A stretch of 64,000 nt of DNA from an uncultured Christensenellaceae bacterium (GCA_964432485.1 CAYSNP010000003.1:20232-84231), one strand, 5' to 3'. Shown: positions 44,922 to 55,010, counted from the first letter of the stretch. Program-made: numbers and translations. The notes: a model not told the origin generated them from the letters alone.

Positions 44922-47675
44922 GTGAAAAAGTTTTTAATTGCTGTGCTATTAATAATCCCTATTGTAGTCATATTTACCTTAACGCTTACTGGCGTAATTA
45001 TTTCCAATACCATAAATGTCAATGCAGAACAAATGATTATCCACGACATCAATGATAGCATATTTGATACCAAGCGCACTTATACCTTGCCTCTTGAGGG
45101 CGGAAAGCTGCAAATTATTATATTTATCTTGCCTGCAATCAGTTTTGATTCCGAAGTGGCATACGAATATACGGAAGACAGCGAGGGAGAAGTTGACCTT
45201 ATCAAACAAGAGGGGCATAAATATGTTATTGTGCCTAAAAAAAGCGGTGAGGTTGGCTTAATTATATATCCTCGAAGCAATTACAACTTAAAGCAAGTTA
45301 TCAATATATACATTACCAGCAATTATGTAACTGATTTTAATATAGCTGTAGATGAAAATCCTATACAAGGCACTCTTTTTATCAACAATAGCGTAAAATT
45401 GTATGCTTCTTTTTATCCTGCAGAGGCAATTGGAGCCAATATTATCACTTGGCAAAGCAGCAACCCTTCCGCAGTGGCTGTAGATAAGAATGGACTGGCT
45501 AAAGTTAAAGGCAAAGGCAGCGCAATAATTAGTGCCAGCGTAACAGATATGGCAGATGTCAAGCGCACAGCACAAATTGAGGTAAGTACAGAGCAGGCAA
45601 TTACCAAGCAAAAAACCGTTTATCTAAGCAACCAATTCAACAATGAGGATTGGGTGCTGGATAATTTGGTGCTGCATAATGGCGGTGATATAGAGATTGC
45701 TACTGTCGCCTCAAGCAGCGAGTTTACTACTTATAAGGTATTCCAAGGAGATAGAGAAGAAGAAATTAATGTATTTAATATCCCTGATGGCGAATGGGAT
45801 ATTCTTAACCGTGAAAACTTTTCCACAATTTACATAGATAATGGCGGCTACTTTTTAGAAGCCGCATATTTAGACTTTGCCGCTGCTCGCTCTTTGTCCC
45901 CTGTTTTTACATCCGGCAATGAAAATGTGCTAAAAGTAATGGCATCAGGGATGCTAATGCCAATAAAACAAGGTATAGCTGTAGTCAGAGCCACAGTTGC
46001 CAACGGAGAATATAAAGAAATAGAAATCAAGGTATCTCATAGAGCCAATACCTTTGCGCTTAACCTTACCGAAGTGGACAATAAAGTAGGTATTAAGCTG
46101 GAAAGGGTATGGGGCTACAACTTTATTAGCGGCAGCCTTGACCCTCAAGATTATACCCATAGCCATACGCTCTTTTTTCATTCGGAATCTGCTACTTTTA
46201 GGGGCATAGTTATAGATGACTTTAAGCTATATTGGGAAGCCGACAATTCTGACTATGCTACCGTAGGCCAAGACGGGCTTGTTACTTTTACAGAGCAGGC
46301 TTGCGGTAAAGATGTTAAGATACAAGCCTCCGAGTTAGTGCATGGGGTAAAAACCAAATTATCTAAAAGCTATACTTTTAGAGTGCTTGAAGATAAAAAA
46401 GCAGTTAATGTTTTTAAGGAGGACTTATCCCTTAATGTAGGCGGGCATCGCAATATTATCAATTATTTATCAGACAATCAGGAGCTGCCTATAGCTCTGC
46501 ATACTGATATTGATATTGTTTTGCAAGTAATAGGCGGCGGCCGCTACGCGCGATTAAGGAACAGCTTTTACGGCAACGGATATACAGTAAGTGCAGAAGC
46601 ATGGGGAAGCCGATATGATGTTAAGAATGGATATGCGCCAATCCCGGGTATGGAAAATGGAGTTTGGCGCTATTCCACCTCGTTTTTAATTGATAACAGG
46701 CTGATAAACTCTGATATTGAGCAGCTAGTTATTGAAAATACTTCTTTCAAAGGCTCTCCGATACCCTCAGAAGGAACAATTCAACTCGAAGATTTTGATT
46801 CTCGCGGTAGAGGCATAGATGTTTATTTTGAAGATGCGCAACCTGCACCGCCAATTAAGCTAAGGTACAATCATTTGCGCTACTATGGCGATTGCATCCA
46901 TTTGCTGGTAGGTCTTAATTCAGAGATTTCTTACGACTTAGCTATCGAAGGTTCTATTATAGGAGATTGCAGCAATTACCCTGTATATATTGAAGAGAGA
47001 GGGCCTATTCCCAATAGTAGTTTATTGATAAAGAATGTTGTTTTCAAGCCTTCTATAGGCCCGTCTATTATATTTATGCCTCTTGCAATTGGCTCGGGTA
47101 TTACTTATCAAGATATACCTGATAAGACTATAATAAATCTAACTTTTGAAGGCTTTATAGACAATTACAATTGGAAAAGAATAAGTCAGTTGGACACTCT
47201 CTTTATGGGGCTGATAGATCCGGCCTTCCTTCAAGATTTTCCAATGATAAATGATTTATTTAAAAATTATTTGAAAAAGAGTATGGAAGATTTGTTGGCT
47301 AAGAGCAAGTATCAAAGCTTAAAATATACAGACGAAGAGGGTAAAGAATGGGTTTCGCTAATGGGCTTAATTGCAGGGCTTTGGAGCGATGCTGCGGTTG
47401 AAACAGTAAGTATCAAAGTTCCGTCTTATGAAATGCTTATCTTGCCTATGCCTTCAAAAGAAGAAGCTCCTATGCTAAAAGCAGCTCTTGATATTTTCAG
47501 CGTCTTTTTTACAGCCCCTGATAAGCCTAATTCTGACATTAAAGTTTCTTTACCTTTGGACAAGCCTTGCTATGTGCTCAGTTATAAATTTAAGCGTAAT
47601 AAACCTGATATCCTGCCCGGGCAACCTTGCCCAAGTGACGAACACTTATTAAAACGCCTACAAGGTGAAGGGTAA
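44922..47675 (+). CDS. 917-aa tandem paralog (copy 2), GTG start immediately after the copy 1 stop
   Basis: Residues 1 to ~490 are identical to copy 1 except for 3 substitutions in the anchor. Beyond that the protein is only roughly half identical. Ends ILPGQPCPSDEHLLKRLQGEG. Confidence 0.8.
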   Translation: MKKFLIAVLLIIPIVVIFTLTLTGVIISNTINVNAEQMIIHDINDSIFDTKRTYTLPLEGGKLQIIIFILPAISFDSEVAYEYTEDSEGEVDLIKQEGHKYVIVPKKSGEVGLIIYPRSNYNLKQVINIYITSNYVTDFNIAVDENPIQGTLFINNSVKLYASFYPAEAIGANIITWQSSNPSAVAVDKNGLAKVKGKGSAIISASVTDMADVKRTAQIEVSTEQAITKQKTVYLSNQFNNEDWVLDNLVLHNGGDIEIATVASSSEFTTYKVFQGDREEEINVFNIPDGEWDILNRENFSTIYIDNGGYFLEAAYLDFAAARSLSPVFTSGNENVLKVMASGMLMPIKQGIAVVRATVANGEYKEIEIKVSHRANTFALNLTEVDNKVGIKLERVWGYNFISGSLDPQDYTHSHTLFFHSESATFRGIVIDDFKLYWEADNSDYATVGQDGLVTFTEQACGKDVKIQASELVHGVKTKLSKSYTFRVLEDKKAVNVFKEDLSLNVGGHRNIINYLSDNQELPIALHTDIDIVLQVIGGGRYARLRNSFYGNGYTVSAEAWGSRYDVKNGYAPIPGMENGVWRYSTSFLIDNRLINSDIEQLVIENTSFKGSPIPSEGTIQLEDFDSRGRGIDVYFEDAQPAPPIKLRYNHLRYYGDCIHLLVGLNSEISYDLAIEGSIIGDCSNYPVYIEERGPIPNSSLLIKNVVFKPSIGPSIIFMPLAIGSGITYQDIPDKTIINLTFEGFIDNYNWKRISQLDTLFMGLIDPAFLQDFPMINDLFKNYLKKSMEDLLAKSKYQSLKYTDEEGKEWVSLMGLIAGLWSDAAVETVSIKVPSYEMLILPMPSKEEAPMLKAALDIFSVFFTAPDKPNSDIKVSLPLDKPCYVLSYKFKRNKPDILPGQPCPSDEHLLKRLQGEG

Positions 47676-47677
47676 TA

Positions 47678-47713
47678 CAAAAGCCTTTGGAAAGAGTTCC
47701 AAAGGCTTTTTTT
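47678..47713. terminator. bidirectional rho-independent terminator
   Basis: aaaagcctttgg aaagagt tccaaaggcttttttt: a 9-bp or longer stem flanked by an A-run and a T-run. Confidence 0.9.
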
Positions 47714-47734
47714 AATTAAGAATAACAAGTTGTT

Positions 47735-48664
47735 TTAGGCTTTGCCTGCGCAACCTAATACATTGATTATTTTATGTCTTACTAACTCTTTTATTGCCGC
47801 CCTGGCAGGAGATAGGTATTGTCTAGGGTCAAAATGAGAAGGATTGTCTGCAAAATACTTTCTAACAGTAGCGGTTACGGCCATTCTTAAATCGCTGTCT
47901 ATATTGATTTTGCATACAGCCATTTCTGCCGCTTTGCGCAACATATGTTCAGGCACGCCTTTTGCGCCGGGCATATTGCCGCCATATTGATTAATAATCT
48001 CTACCAAATCTTGCGGAACACTGCTTGCACCGTGCAACACGATAGGAAATCCAGGTAATCTTTTAGCAATTTCTTCTAAAATATCAAAACGAAGTTTCGC
48101 TTCCCCCTTAAACTTAAATGCCCCGTGCGAAGTGCCTATGGCTATTGCCAAACTGTCCACGCCTGTCCGTTGTACAAACTCCTGCACTTCGTTAGGGTCA
48201 GTATAGCGGGAGTCCGCTTCACTTACATTAATAGCGTCCTCTATCCCTGCCAGCCTGCCTAGTTCTGCCTCTACCGTTACATTGTATTTGTGCGCATAAT
48301 CTACTACCGCTTTAGTGATTTTGATATTTTCTTCAAAGCTATGGTGCGAGGCATCAATCATAACAGAGCTAAACCCTTTATCCACGCAATCTTTGCACAA
48401 CTCAAAGGTATCCCCATGGTCTAAGTGTAGCGCAATAGGGATATCCGTAGTTTCTACAGCCGCTTCTACCAACTTTTGCAGATATACAGGATGGGCGTAT
48501 TTACGCGCGCCGGCACTTACTTGCAAGATAAGCGGGGCTCTTTCTTCCTGAGCTGCCGAAACAATACCTTGGATTGTCTCCATATTGTTTACATTAAAAG
48601 CGCCTATTGCATATCCTCCCGCATAGGCTTTTTTGAACATTTCCCTTGTATTAACTAAAGGCAT
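47735..48664 (-). CDS. fba: class II fructose-1,6-bisphosphate aldolase
   Basis: MPLVNTREMFKKAY..GYAIGAFNVNNME, LHLDHG and HGASS. I moved the start to the ATG at 48664 because the GGGAGG RBS lies inside the longer track ORF. Confidence 0.9.
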   Translation of the reverse strand: MPLVNTREMFKKAYAGGYAIGAFNVNNMETIQGIVSAAQEERAPLILQVSAGARKYAHPVYLQKLVEAAVETTDIPIALHLDHGDTFELCKDCVDKGFSSVMIDASHHSFEENIKITKAVVDYAHKYNVTVEAELGRLAGIEDAINVSEADSRYTDPNEVQEFVQRTGVDSLAIAIGTSHGAFKFKGEAKLRFDILEEIAKRLPGFPIVLHGASSVPQDLVEIINQYGGNMPGAKGVPEHMLRKAAEMAVCKINIDSDLRMAVTATVRKYFADNPSHFDPRQYLSPARAAIKELVRHKIINVLGCAGKA

Positions 48665-48811
48665 TTTAGCACCTCCCAAAATTCATTATACTATTATTAT
48701 ACTCCTTTTTTAACTTTTGGTCTAGTGTCTGGTGTAAATATTTTCCTATACCATATTCGCCCGACGGCAAAAACTTTACTACTAGCAAGAAAAATATGAT
48801 ATAATAACGGT

Positions 48812-49534
48812 ATGCTAAAGGAAAATGAAAGAATAGACGACTTAATGTATAAAGGGCTTCAAATCATTCAGCATAAGGAGGGTTATTGCTTTACTCAAGA
48901 CAGTATTTTGCTAAGTCATTTTATTAAGGCGGGAGCAAAGGAAACGCTGGTAGATTTGGGCACGGGCAGCGGAATAATTGCCATTCTGGTAGCTAAAAAA
49001 ACGCAAGCAAGAAAAATAATAGGCATTGAATTGCAAGAGCGGCTTGCAGATATGGCAAAAAGGAGCGTAGCTCTCAATGGGTTAAGTGAGCAGGTGCAAA
49101 TAATAGGTGGCGATATATTAGAGGCGCATACCTTATTAGGGCAAGGCAATATTGATGTAGTATGCACCAATCCACCTTACTTGGCAAATAAAAAAGATGC
49201 TCTTGACGAAATTGACATTTGCAAAAATGAGGTTGCCATTACTTTAGCGCAGGTAATTAAGTCGGCTAATAAATTGTTAAAATATGGCGGCCGATTTTAT
49301 ATGGTGCACCGTGCGGACAGGCTTGCTGATATAATTGCCTTAATGCGTCAAGAGCGGATAGAGCCAAAGCGGTTGATGCCTATTCAGCCCACCGCAAAAA
49401 AGGCGATTGATACCATAGTTATTGAAGGCAAAAAAGGCGGCAAGCCCTCATTGATATTTGACAAGCCTATAATAGTATACAATCAAAAAGGTGAACTTAC
49501 CCCTTATGCCCGCAAGATATACAATTTAGGATAA
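48812..49534 (+). CDS. SAM-dependent methyltransferase, tRNA (adenine-N6) TrmN6/YabB-like
   Basis: DLGTGSGIIAIL AdoMet motif and NPPY (VVCTNPPYL). Lies upstream of rsmI, as yabB does in Bacillus. Confidence 0.7.
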   Translation: MLKENERIDDLMYKGLQIIQHKEGYCFTQDSILLSHFIKAGAKETLVDLGTGSGIIAILVAKKTQARKIIGIELQERLADMAKRSVALNGLSEQVQIIGGDILEAHTLLGQGNIDVVCTNPPYLANKKDALDEIDICKNEVAITLAQVIKSANKLLKYGGRFYMVHRADRLADIIALMRQERIEPKRLMPIQPTAKKAIDTIVIEGKKGGKPSLIFDKPIIVYNQKGELTPYARKIYNLG

Positions 49535-49543
49535 GGAGGAGAG

Positions 49544-50371
49544 ATGGCAGGAGTATTATTTTTGGTAGCAACGCCAATAGGCAACTTAGCTGATATTACA
49601 TTAAGAGCTAAGCAAACTTTGTCCCAAGCTGACCTTATTGCTTGTGAGGATACTAGACATACTTTAGGGCTTCTTACGCATTTGGGTATCCAAAAGCGGT
49701 TAATCAGTTACCATAAACATAATGAAAGGCAATCTGCTCAAAAACTTTTATTACTGCTTGCGGAAGGGAAGCGCATAGCCTTAGTATCTGATGCGGGTAT
49801 GCCCGGCATCAGCGACCCCGGGGCATATTTGGTTAGCGAAGCAAGAAGGGCGGGGATAGAAGTTGTGGTGATTCCGGGCGCAAGTGCAGTTACAGCCGCT
49901 GTTGCGCTTTCCGGTATAGATGAGGGCGGATTTGTCTTTTTAGGATTCCTGCAAGGTACAGAAAAAGAGAAAAGACAAAGGCTAAGCCGCTATGCTGCCG
50001 AGCCTATGCCCTTAGTGATTTACTCTGCGCCTCACGATATAAAAAAGGAGCTTGCGCTGGCTGCTCAAGTGTTGGGGAGCAGAAAAGCGCTTATAATAAA
50101 GGAGATGACTAAAGTATACGAAGCAGTTATTCAAGGAGTGCTGGGCGAAATTGAGCCAAAAGAGGAAAAAGGCGAGTTTGTGCTAATTATCTCAGGGTGC
50201 AAACAAGAGAGGACTATTAGCGACAAGGCTATAATGGCAGAGCTTGATTTCTTGCTTGGCTTTGGGCTTAGCAAAAGAGATGCCTCAACTATAGCGGCAC
50301 AACATTTAGGCATACCCAAAAAAAGGGCATATGACCTATGCCTTGCCAAACTTAGCCAACAGCTTGACTAG
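49544..50371 (+). CDS. rsmI: 16S rRNA (cytidine1402-2'-O)-methyltransferase
   Basis: LFLVATPIGNLADITLRA...L...DLIACEDTRHT and SDAGMPGISDPG are RsmI hallmarks. Confidence 0.88.
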   Translation: MAGVLFLVATPIGNLADITLRAKQTLSQADLIACEDTRHTLGLLTHLGIQKRLISYHKHNERQSAQKLLLLLAEGKRIALVSDAGMPGISDPGAYLVSEARRAGIEVVVIPGASAVTAAVALSGIDEGGFVFLGFLQGTEKEKRQRLSRYAAEPMPLVIYSAPHDIKKELALAAQVLGSRKALIIKEMTKVYEAVIQGVLGEIEPKEEKGEFVLIISGCKQERTISDKAIMAELDFLLGFGLSKRDASTIAAQHLGIPKKRAYDLCLAKLSQQLD

Positions 50372-50398
50372 CTCAATATACTTTATTATAATTACATT

Positions 50399-52264
50399 AT
50401 GGCTAAAGTTAACTTAAAGTTCTTAAATAAATTAAGCAAAAAAGGCAAAATCGTTTTAGCGGCAATTTTAGTTGTTGTAATTGCAGGGGGTGCTACTTTA
50501 GCCTATTTTTTAACTCGCCCAAAAGACAACTCTTCTTCGCAATATTCTCAAATATATAAAAATTATCAATCCTTGCAAAGTTTTAAGCATGCAGAAGAGA
50601 TTTTGCGCTTAAAAGATGGGATTAGGGTAGATAGCTACGATGCCGAATCAGAGATTTTTATACTTGCAAAGACAATTGTTACCTCAGAAGCGGAAGATGA
50701 AGATGAAGAAGACGAAACTATGGAGCTCTATGGCTTTGCCAATAAAGAAAAAATGCTTGTCAATCCTGCAGAGCATTTTTATTTGGGAGTTTTAGGCATA
50801 AAGAGCAACTATGCAATTGTAATGAAAGGCGTGCTGCAAGCTGAGGAACTGCAATATAAAATAGGGCTGATTCGCTTTGATAAGCATGGAGTTTATGAGT
50901 ATGGATTTGTACATGATTATCGAGAGTTATTAATTACCGTTAGTTTTCAAGGGGATTATATAGCCTTTTTTGCCGGACAAGAGTATAGCAATCCCGATAC
51001 CGCATCTTATGCCGTATTTTACGATTACAAGAGTACCTCTGGTTTAAGCGAAGTATTTAGAGTTGCATCATCCGCTTTTACCGTTTTTGATTTAACGGAT
51101 AATTGGCTGGTTGCTGCAGACCTAAACAAAACTTATTTTTACGATATCCATAAGATAGACGCTAACGGGTATTTAATTAGACAAGATACCTACTTTCCAT
51201 TTGAAGACGAGATAAAATACCCTCCTGCCAATGTATCTTTTACTATTAATTATCTGGGCAATAATTGGTTTCTGCGCAAAGCTATATATTATGAAAAAGA
51301 GCCTTTTGACACTTACTATTATGTTATGCCCGGAGAAAATAAAGAAACTCTTTATGTTGTACAAAAAAATGATAGATATAATGCAGCCACCAAAAAGACG
51401 CTAAAGAGCGATATTCTGCTGGCGGATAATGTTGCCAATAAGTATAGCAACGATGTTTTTAGCGGGCTTGCCGCAATGGCCAATCTTTTAGATATTTCTC
51501 AAATGGTAGGGCTGTCCTCGCATATTATTTATTCTGAGCCTGCTTTTCCTCCTTCAGGTTTTGTCAATGACGGATACACTATTGTATATAATTACTTTTT
51601 TCCTGAACCTACGGATGTGCCCGAAACTTCTTTTCTTATACTGGACCCCAATGCCAATATTGTAAGGCAGGAGTTATTGTATTTGCCGCCCTTATTTGTG
51701 GATGGGATAGGGGTAGAAAATGCCTCTGTTAATTACCCCAATCTTATAGGCAATGCGCAAGTGCATTACTTGGATGGCAGCAAAAAGGTATTAAAGGAGT
51801 ATGCCGAGGGGCAATATACTTATGAGGCTACTTTTGCCAATGACAATATGCTTACTGTTTACCAATATAAAATAATAGGCTCCAGCGTTCAGCCCAAAGC
51901 AGGCGCAGTTAATTTAGACAAAGGGGTGCAAAGCATACCTTTTATCTATGACACCCTAAGTATGTTTGTAGGCGGTTATGCAATTGGCAGCATATTAGAC
52001 ACAGATAGCAATTTACAATATTATAGGATATCAAAAGACGGTGTTCAGGAACCCATAACAGGGGTATATAGCGTTAAGCATGGCGTATATATTACTGCCT
52101 CAGCAACCAGAAAAGCACTTTATTCGAATGACGGTACAGAGCTTATTCCCAATTGGTGTAATGATATAATTGTTTATGAATTCTTTTTATCAAACAATCA
52201 ACTGCTTGAAAGCATAGTAGTAACAGAGCAAGCTGATGATTGTGTAGTTTATATTTTGAGCTAA
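50399..52264 (+). CDS. 621-aa N-terminally anchored protein, function unknown
   Basis: Lys-rich start plus one TM helix (IVLAAILVVVIAGGATLAYFL), an acidic stretch (SEAEDEDEEDET), then an aromatic-rich and probably beta-rich ectodomain. Confidence 0.6.
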   Translation: MAKVNLKFLNKLSKKGKIVLAAILVVVIAGGATLAYFLTRPKDNSSSQYSQIYKNYQSLQSFKHAEEILRLKDGIRVDSYDAESEIFILAKTIVTSEAEDEDEEDETMELYGFANKEKMLVNPAEHFYLGVLGIKSNYAIVMKGVLQAEELQYKIGLIRFDKHGVYEYGFVHDYRELLITVSFQGDYIAFFAGQEYSNPDTASYAVFYDYKSTSGLSEVFRVASSAFTVFDLTDNWLVAADLNKTYFYDIHKIDANGYLIRQDTYFPFEDEIKYPPANVSFTINYLGNNWFLRKAIYYEKEPFDTYYYVMPGENKETLYVVQKNDRYNAATKKTLKSDILLADNVANKYSNDVFSGLAAMANLLDISQMVGLSSHIIYSEPAFPPSGFVNDGYTIVYNYFFPEPTDVPETSFLILDPNANIVRQELLYLPPLFVDGIGVENASVNYPNLIGNAQVHYLDGSKKVLKEYAEGQYTYEATFANDNMLTVYQYKIIGSSVQPKAGAVNLDKGVQSIPFIYDTLSMFVGGYAIGSILDTDSNLQYYRISKDGVQEPITGVYSVKHGVYITASATRKALYSNDGTELIPNWCNDIIVYEFFLSNNQLLESIVVTEQADDCVVYILS

Positions 52265-52287
52265 TTTAAGATACTACTAAGGATTGT

Positions 52288-53244
52288 ATGGAGACAGTAA
52301 TAGGCAGCTATAAAGATATAGAGTATGCGGCGCAATTGTTGCAAGCAGGAGAGGTTGTTGCTTTTCCTACCGAAACCGTATACGGACTGGGCGGCAACGC
52401 TTATTCGGAGGCAGCTATAAAAAAGATTTTTACAGCTAAAGGCCGCCCCCAAGACAACCCTTTAATAGTGCATATTGCGGATATTCAAGATTTAGAGCAA
52501 GTAGCAATAGATATACCTAAAATAGCTTACTTATTATTTGATGAGTTTGCCCCAGGTCCGTTAACTTTAGTGCTAAAAAAACATCCTAATATACCGTATC
52601 AAGTGACAGCGGGAGGCGAAAGCGTAGCTGTGCGCATCCCCGCCCATAAAATGGCTCTTGAACTTATAAGGCAAGCAAATCTTCCTATTTGTGCGCCCAG
52701 CGCAAATACTTCTACAAGAGTTAGCCCTACGCTTGCAAGTCATGTATATGAGGATTTGCAAGGCAAGATTCCTTTAATATTGGATGGCGGAAGCTGCGAT
52801 ATCGGGGTAGAATCCACAGTATTAGATTTAACCAGAGCGCAACCTGTCATATTGCGCCCGGGTGCAGTAACAGCAAGTATGTTAGCTCCTTTTCTTAATG
52901 TAAGTATGACAGCCCCGCCCGACGAAACCGCTAAATCTCCGGGCACTAAATACCGTCATTATGCCTCGTTGGCAAAGGTGGAGCTTGCAAGCACACCTAA
53001 GGAAGCACTTGAGAAACTCAAAGCATGGGATAAGGACAAAGCTATAATATTAGGGAGCAAGGATTTTATAGATAGTTGCAAAAAGGGCATTTCTTTAGGC
53101 GCAACAAGTGCAGAAATAGCAAGAAATCTTTTTGCTGCCTTACGCAAAGTTGAAAAGCAATTTGATTATATTATTATAGAAAGATTCCCCGAAACCGAAG
53201 AAAATATTACATTATTGAACCGTATCACCAAAGCAATCAATTAG
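52288..53244 (+). CDS. tsaC: L-threonylcarbamoyladenylate synthase (Sua5/YwlC type, with C-terminal Sua5 domain)
   Basis: VVAFPTETVYGLGGNAY, GRP..NPLIVH, SAN.S, 318 aa. Confidence 0.88.
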   Translation: METVIGSYKDIEYAAQLLQAGEVVAFPTETVYGLGGNAYSEAAIKKIFTAKGRPQDNPLIVHIADIQDLEQVAIDIPKIAYLLFDEFAPGPLTLVLKKHPNIPYQVTAGGESVAVRIPAHKMALELIRQANLPICAPSANTSTRVSPTLASHVYEDLQGKIPLILDGGSCDIGVESTVLDLTRAQPVILRPGAVTASMLAPFLNVSMTAPPDETAKSPGTKYRHYASLAKVELASTPKEALEKLKAWDKDKAIILGSKDFIDSCKKGISLGATSAEIARNLFAALRKVEKQFDYIIIERFPETEENITLLNRITKAIN

Positions 53245-53800
53245 CTTGCTCCAACTCCCGCATAGCCTCTATTGTCTTTTGAATAAGTTCCTCTAAGCTC
53301 CAGCCCAGCATATCCGCGCCTCTGGCAATAATTTCTCTGGAGCACCCTGCGGCAAAAGCGGGGGTTTTGTATTTCTTCATTACACTTTTTACTTCCAAAT
53401 CCATTACGCTCTTAGATGGGCGCACCAATGCTGATGCCCATATCAAGCCGGAAAGCTCATCTGCGGCAAACAATATCTTTTCCATAATATGCTCTGGGGC
53501 AATATCCACATTGGTCAGTCCGTAACCATGGCTTTGCACCGCTCTAATTATGCCTTTATCAATCCCTTCCGCTTCCAGCAACTCTTTTGCTTTTATGCAG
53601 TGCTCGTCAGGATACATTTCAAAATCTATATCGTGTAGCAGCCCCCCCACAGCCCAATACTCCGCCTTTTCCGGGTCATACTGCTGCGCAAAATATCTCA
53701 TAATGCCAGCCAGCGTATATGCGTGATTAAGATGAAATTCCTGCTTGTTATACTGTTTTAACAGCTTTTCTGCTTCTTCAAATGTAGGAATATAGCTCAT
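53237..53800 (-). CDS. HD-domain hydrolase (COG2316-like)
   Basis: H..(LLHDID) HD motif, 187 aa. Has an 8-nt convergent overlap with tsaC. Confidence 0.7.
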   Translation of the reverse strand: MSYIPTFEEAEKLLKQYNKQEFHLNHAYTLAGIMRYFAQQYDPEKAEYWAVGGLLHDIDFEMYPDEHCIKAKELLEAEGIDKGIIRAVQSHGYGLTNVDIAPEHIMEKILFAADELSGLIWASALVRPSKSVMDLEVKSVMKKYKTPAFAAGCSREIIARGADMLGWSLEELIQKTIEAMRELEQAN

Positions 53801-53963
53801 AATATACTTCCTTCTTTGTAAAGTTATTAGCTAAAAGTTACCATATTAAGCTGCCAAAGTCAAGAAAGAAAGTAAAAATATAAGGATAGAAATATCTGCA
53901 AAAAGATAAAAGTGTGCTATAATCAATTTAGATTACAGCAGAGTAAGGCTTATAGGAGTTGCT

Positions 53964-54866
53964 ATGCTATATTTTATAGGTGTGTCTTGTGCAATATTGT
54001 CAGGCTTTGTTAATTTTTTAGGACAAATATTGCAGAAAAAAGCAATAAATGACATTAAAGCCAAAAAGGGCGAAATGCATATTATAGACTTAATTAAGAG
54101 CCCAACTTGGCTAGTAGGATTTCTATTTATGGCTGTATTAACTACAGCTTTTTTAATTGTTACCCAACTTTTTATAGGTCCTGCCTTAGTCCCCGGTCTT
54201 GTGGCATCAGGCTTTATAGTGCTGGCTATTGGCTCTGCTAAGATTTTAGGCGAAAAGTTAAAAAAGGAAGAGTATGCCGCAATAGCTATGCTTATTTTGG
54301 CAGTATTATGCTTATCATTCAGCAAGCTGGTTATTGTGCCCGATATTGGCAACTTTAATGATTCTGCATTTAACCTTAGGATTGGCATTGTATCTGGGCT
54401 GCTTGTTGCAGTATGGCTTACGCTCTTTTTTATAGGCAAAAAAAGCAATAAAAGAAAGGCAATCTTTATACCTCTTGCAACCGCTTTTCCTTTTATTGTG
54501 GCCAATATTTGGATGCAACCCTTTCTTATAACAATTGGCAACTTATTTTCCGGACAGGTTGACTCGTTTACCTTAACATTATTTTTTACAGCTATTGCAA
54601 TACTAGCTGTTACTAATAGCGTTGGACTTATTCATACCCAAACAGCAATGGCGTCAGGCAACGCCAGCATAGTCATTCCAATGATGCAAATACCTGCGCA
54701 ATTATCGCCTATTTTAATTTATTTTGTAGTTTATGCTTTGCCTGTCCCCAATTTTTATTCTTACATTTTACTTGCAATAGCTATAATACTTGCAATTGCG
54801 GCAGGATTCTTGCTTTCTAAAAGGCAGACTGAACTTGAAAAACTTGTAGCACCAACAACCTCTTAA
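53964..54866 (+). CDS. NIPA-like (DMT superfamily) membrane transporter, paralog 1
   Basis: About 9 TM helices. The N-terminal pattern G.ILQKKAI....(K)......L..P.WL.G......T.F......F.GPALV.PG....... resembles NIPA/DUF803 Mg2+ transporters (..QKKG... / ..P..LV.PLGA). AGGAG RBS. Confidence 0.5.
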   Translation: MLYFIGVSCAILSGFVNFLGQILQKKAINDIKAKKGEMHIIDLIKSPTWLVGFLFMAVLTTAFLIVTQLFIGPALVPGLVASGFIVLAIGSAKILGEKLKKEEYAAIAMLILAVLCLSFSKLVIVPDIGNFNDSAFNLRIGIVSGLLVAVWLTLFFIGKKSNKRKAIFIPLATAFPFIVANIWMQPFLITIGNLFSGQVDSFTLTLFFTAIAILAVTNSVGLIHTQTAMASGNASIVIPMMQIPAQLSPILIYFVVYALPVPNFYSYILLAIAIILAIAAGFLLSKRQTELEKLVAPTTS

Positions 54867-55010
54867 AAAAAGTTATTGATGTTAAATAAGAAAACTAAAT
54901 ATAGCCAAGTGCGACCTTTTTAATTAATATCAAGATTTTGTTTGACCAAACAATAAAATATGTTATAATTAAATTAGGGTATTTTGCACGGTATAAGAAT
55001 AGGAGAAATT

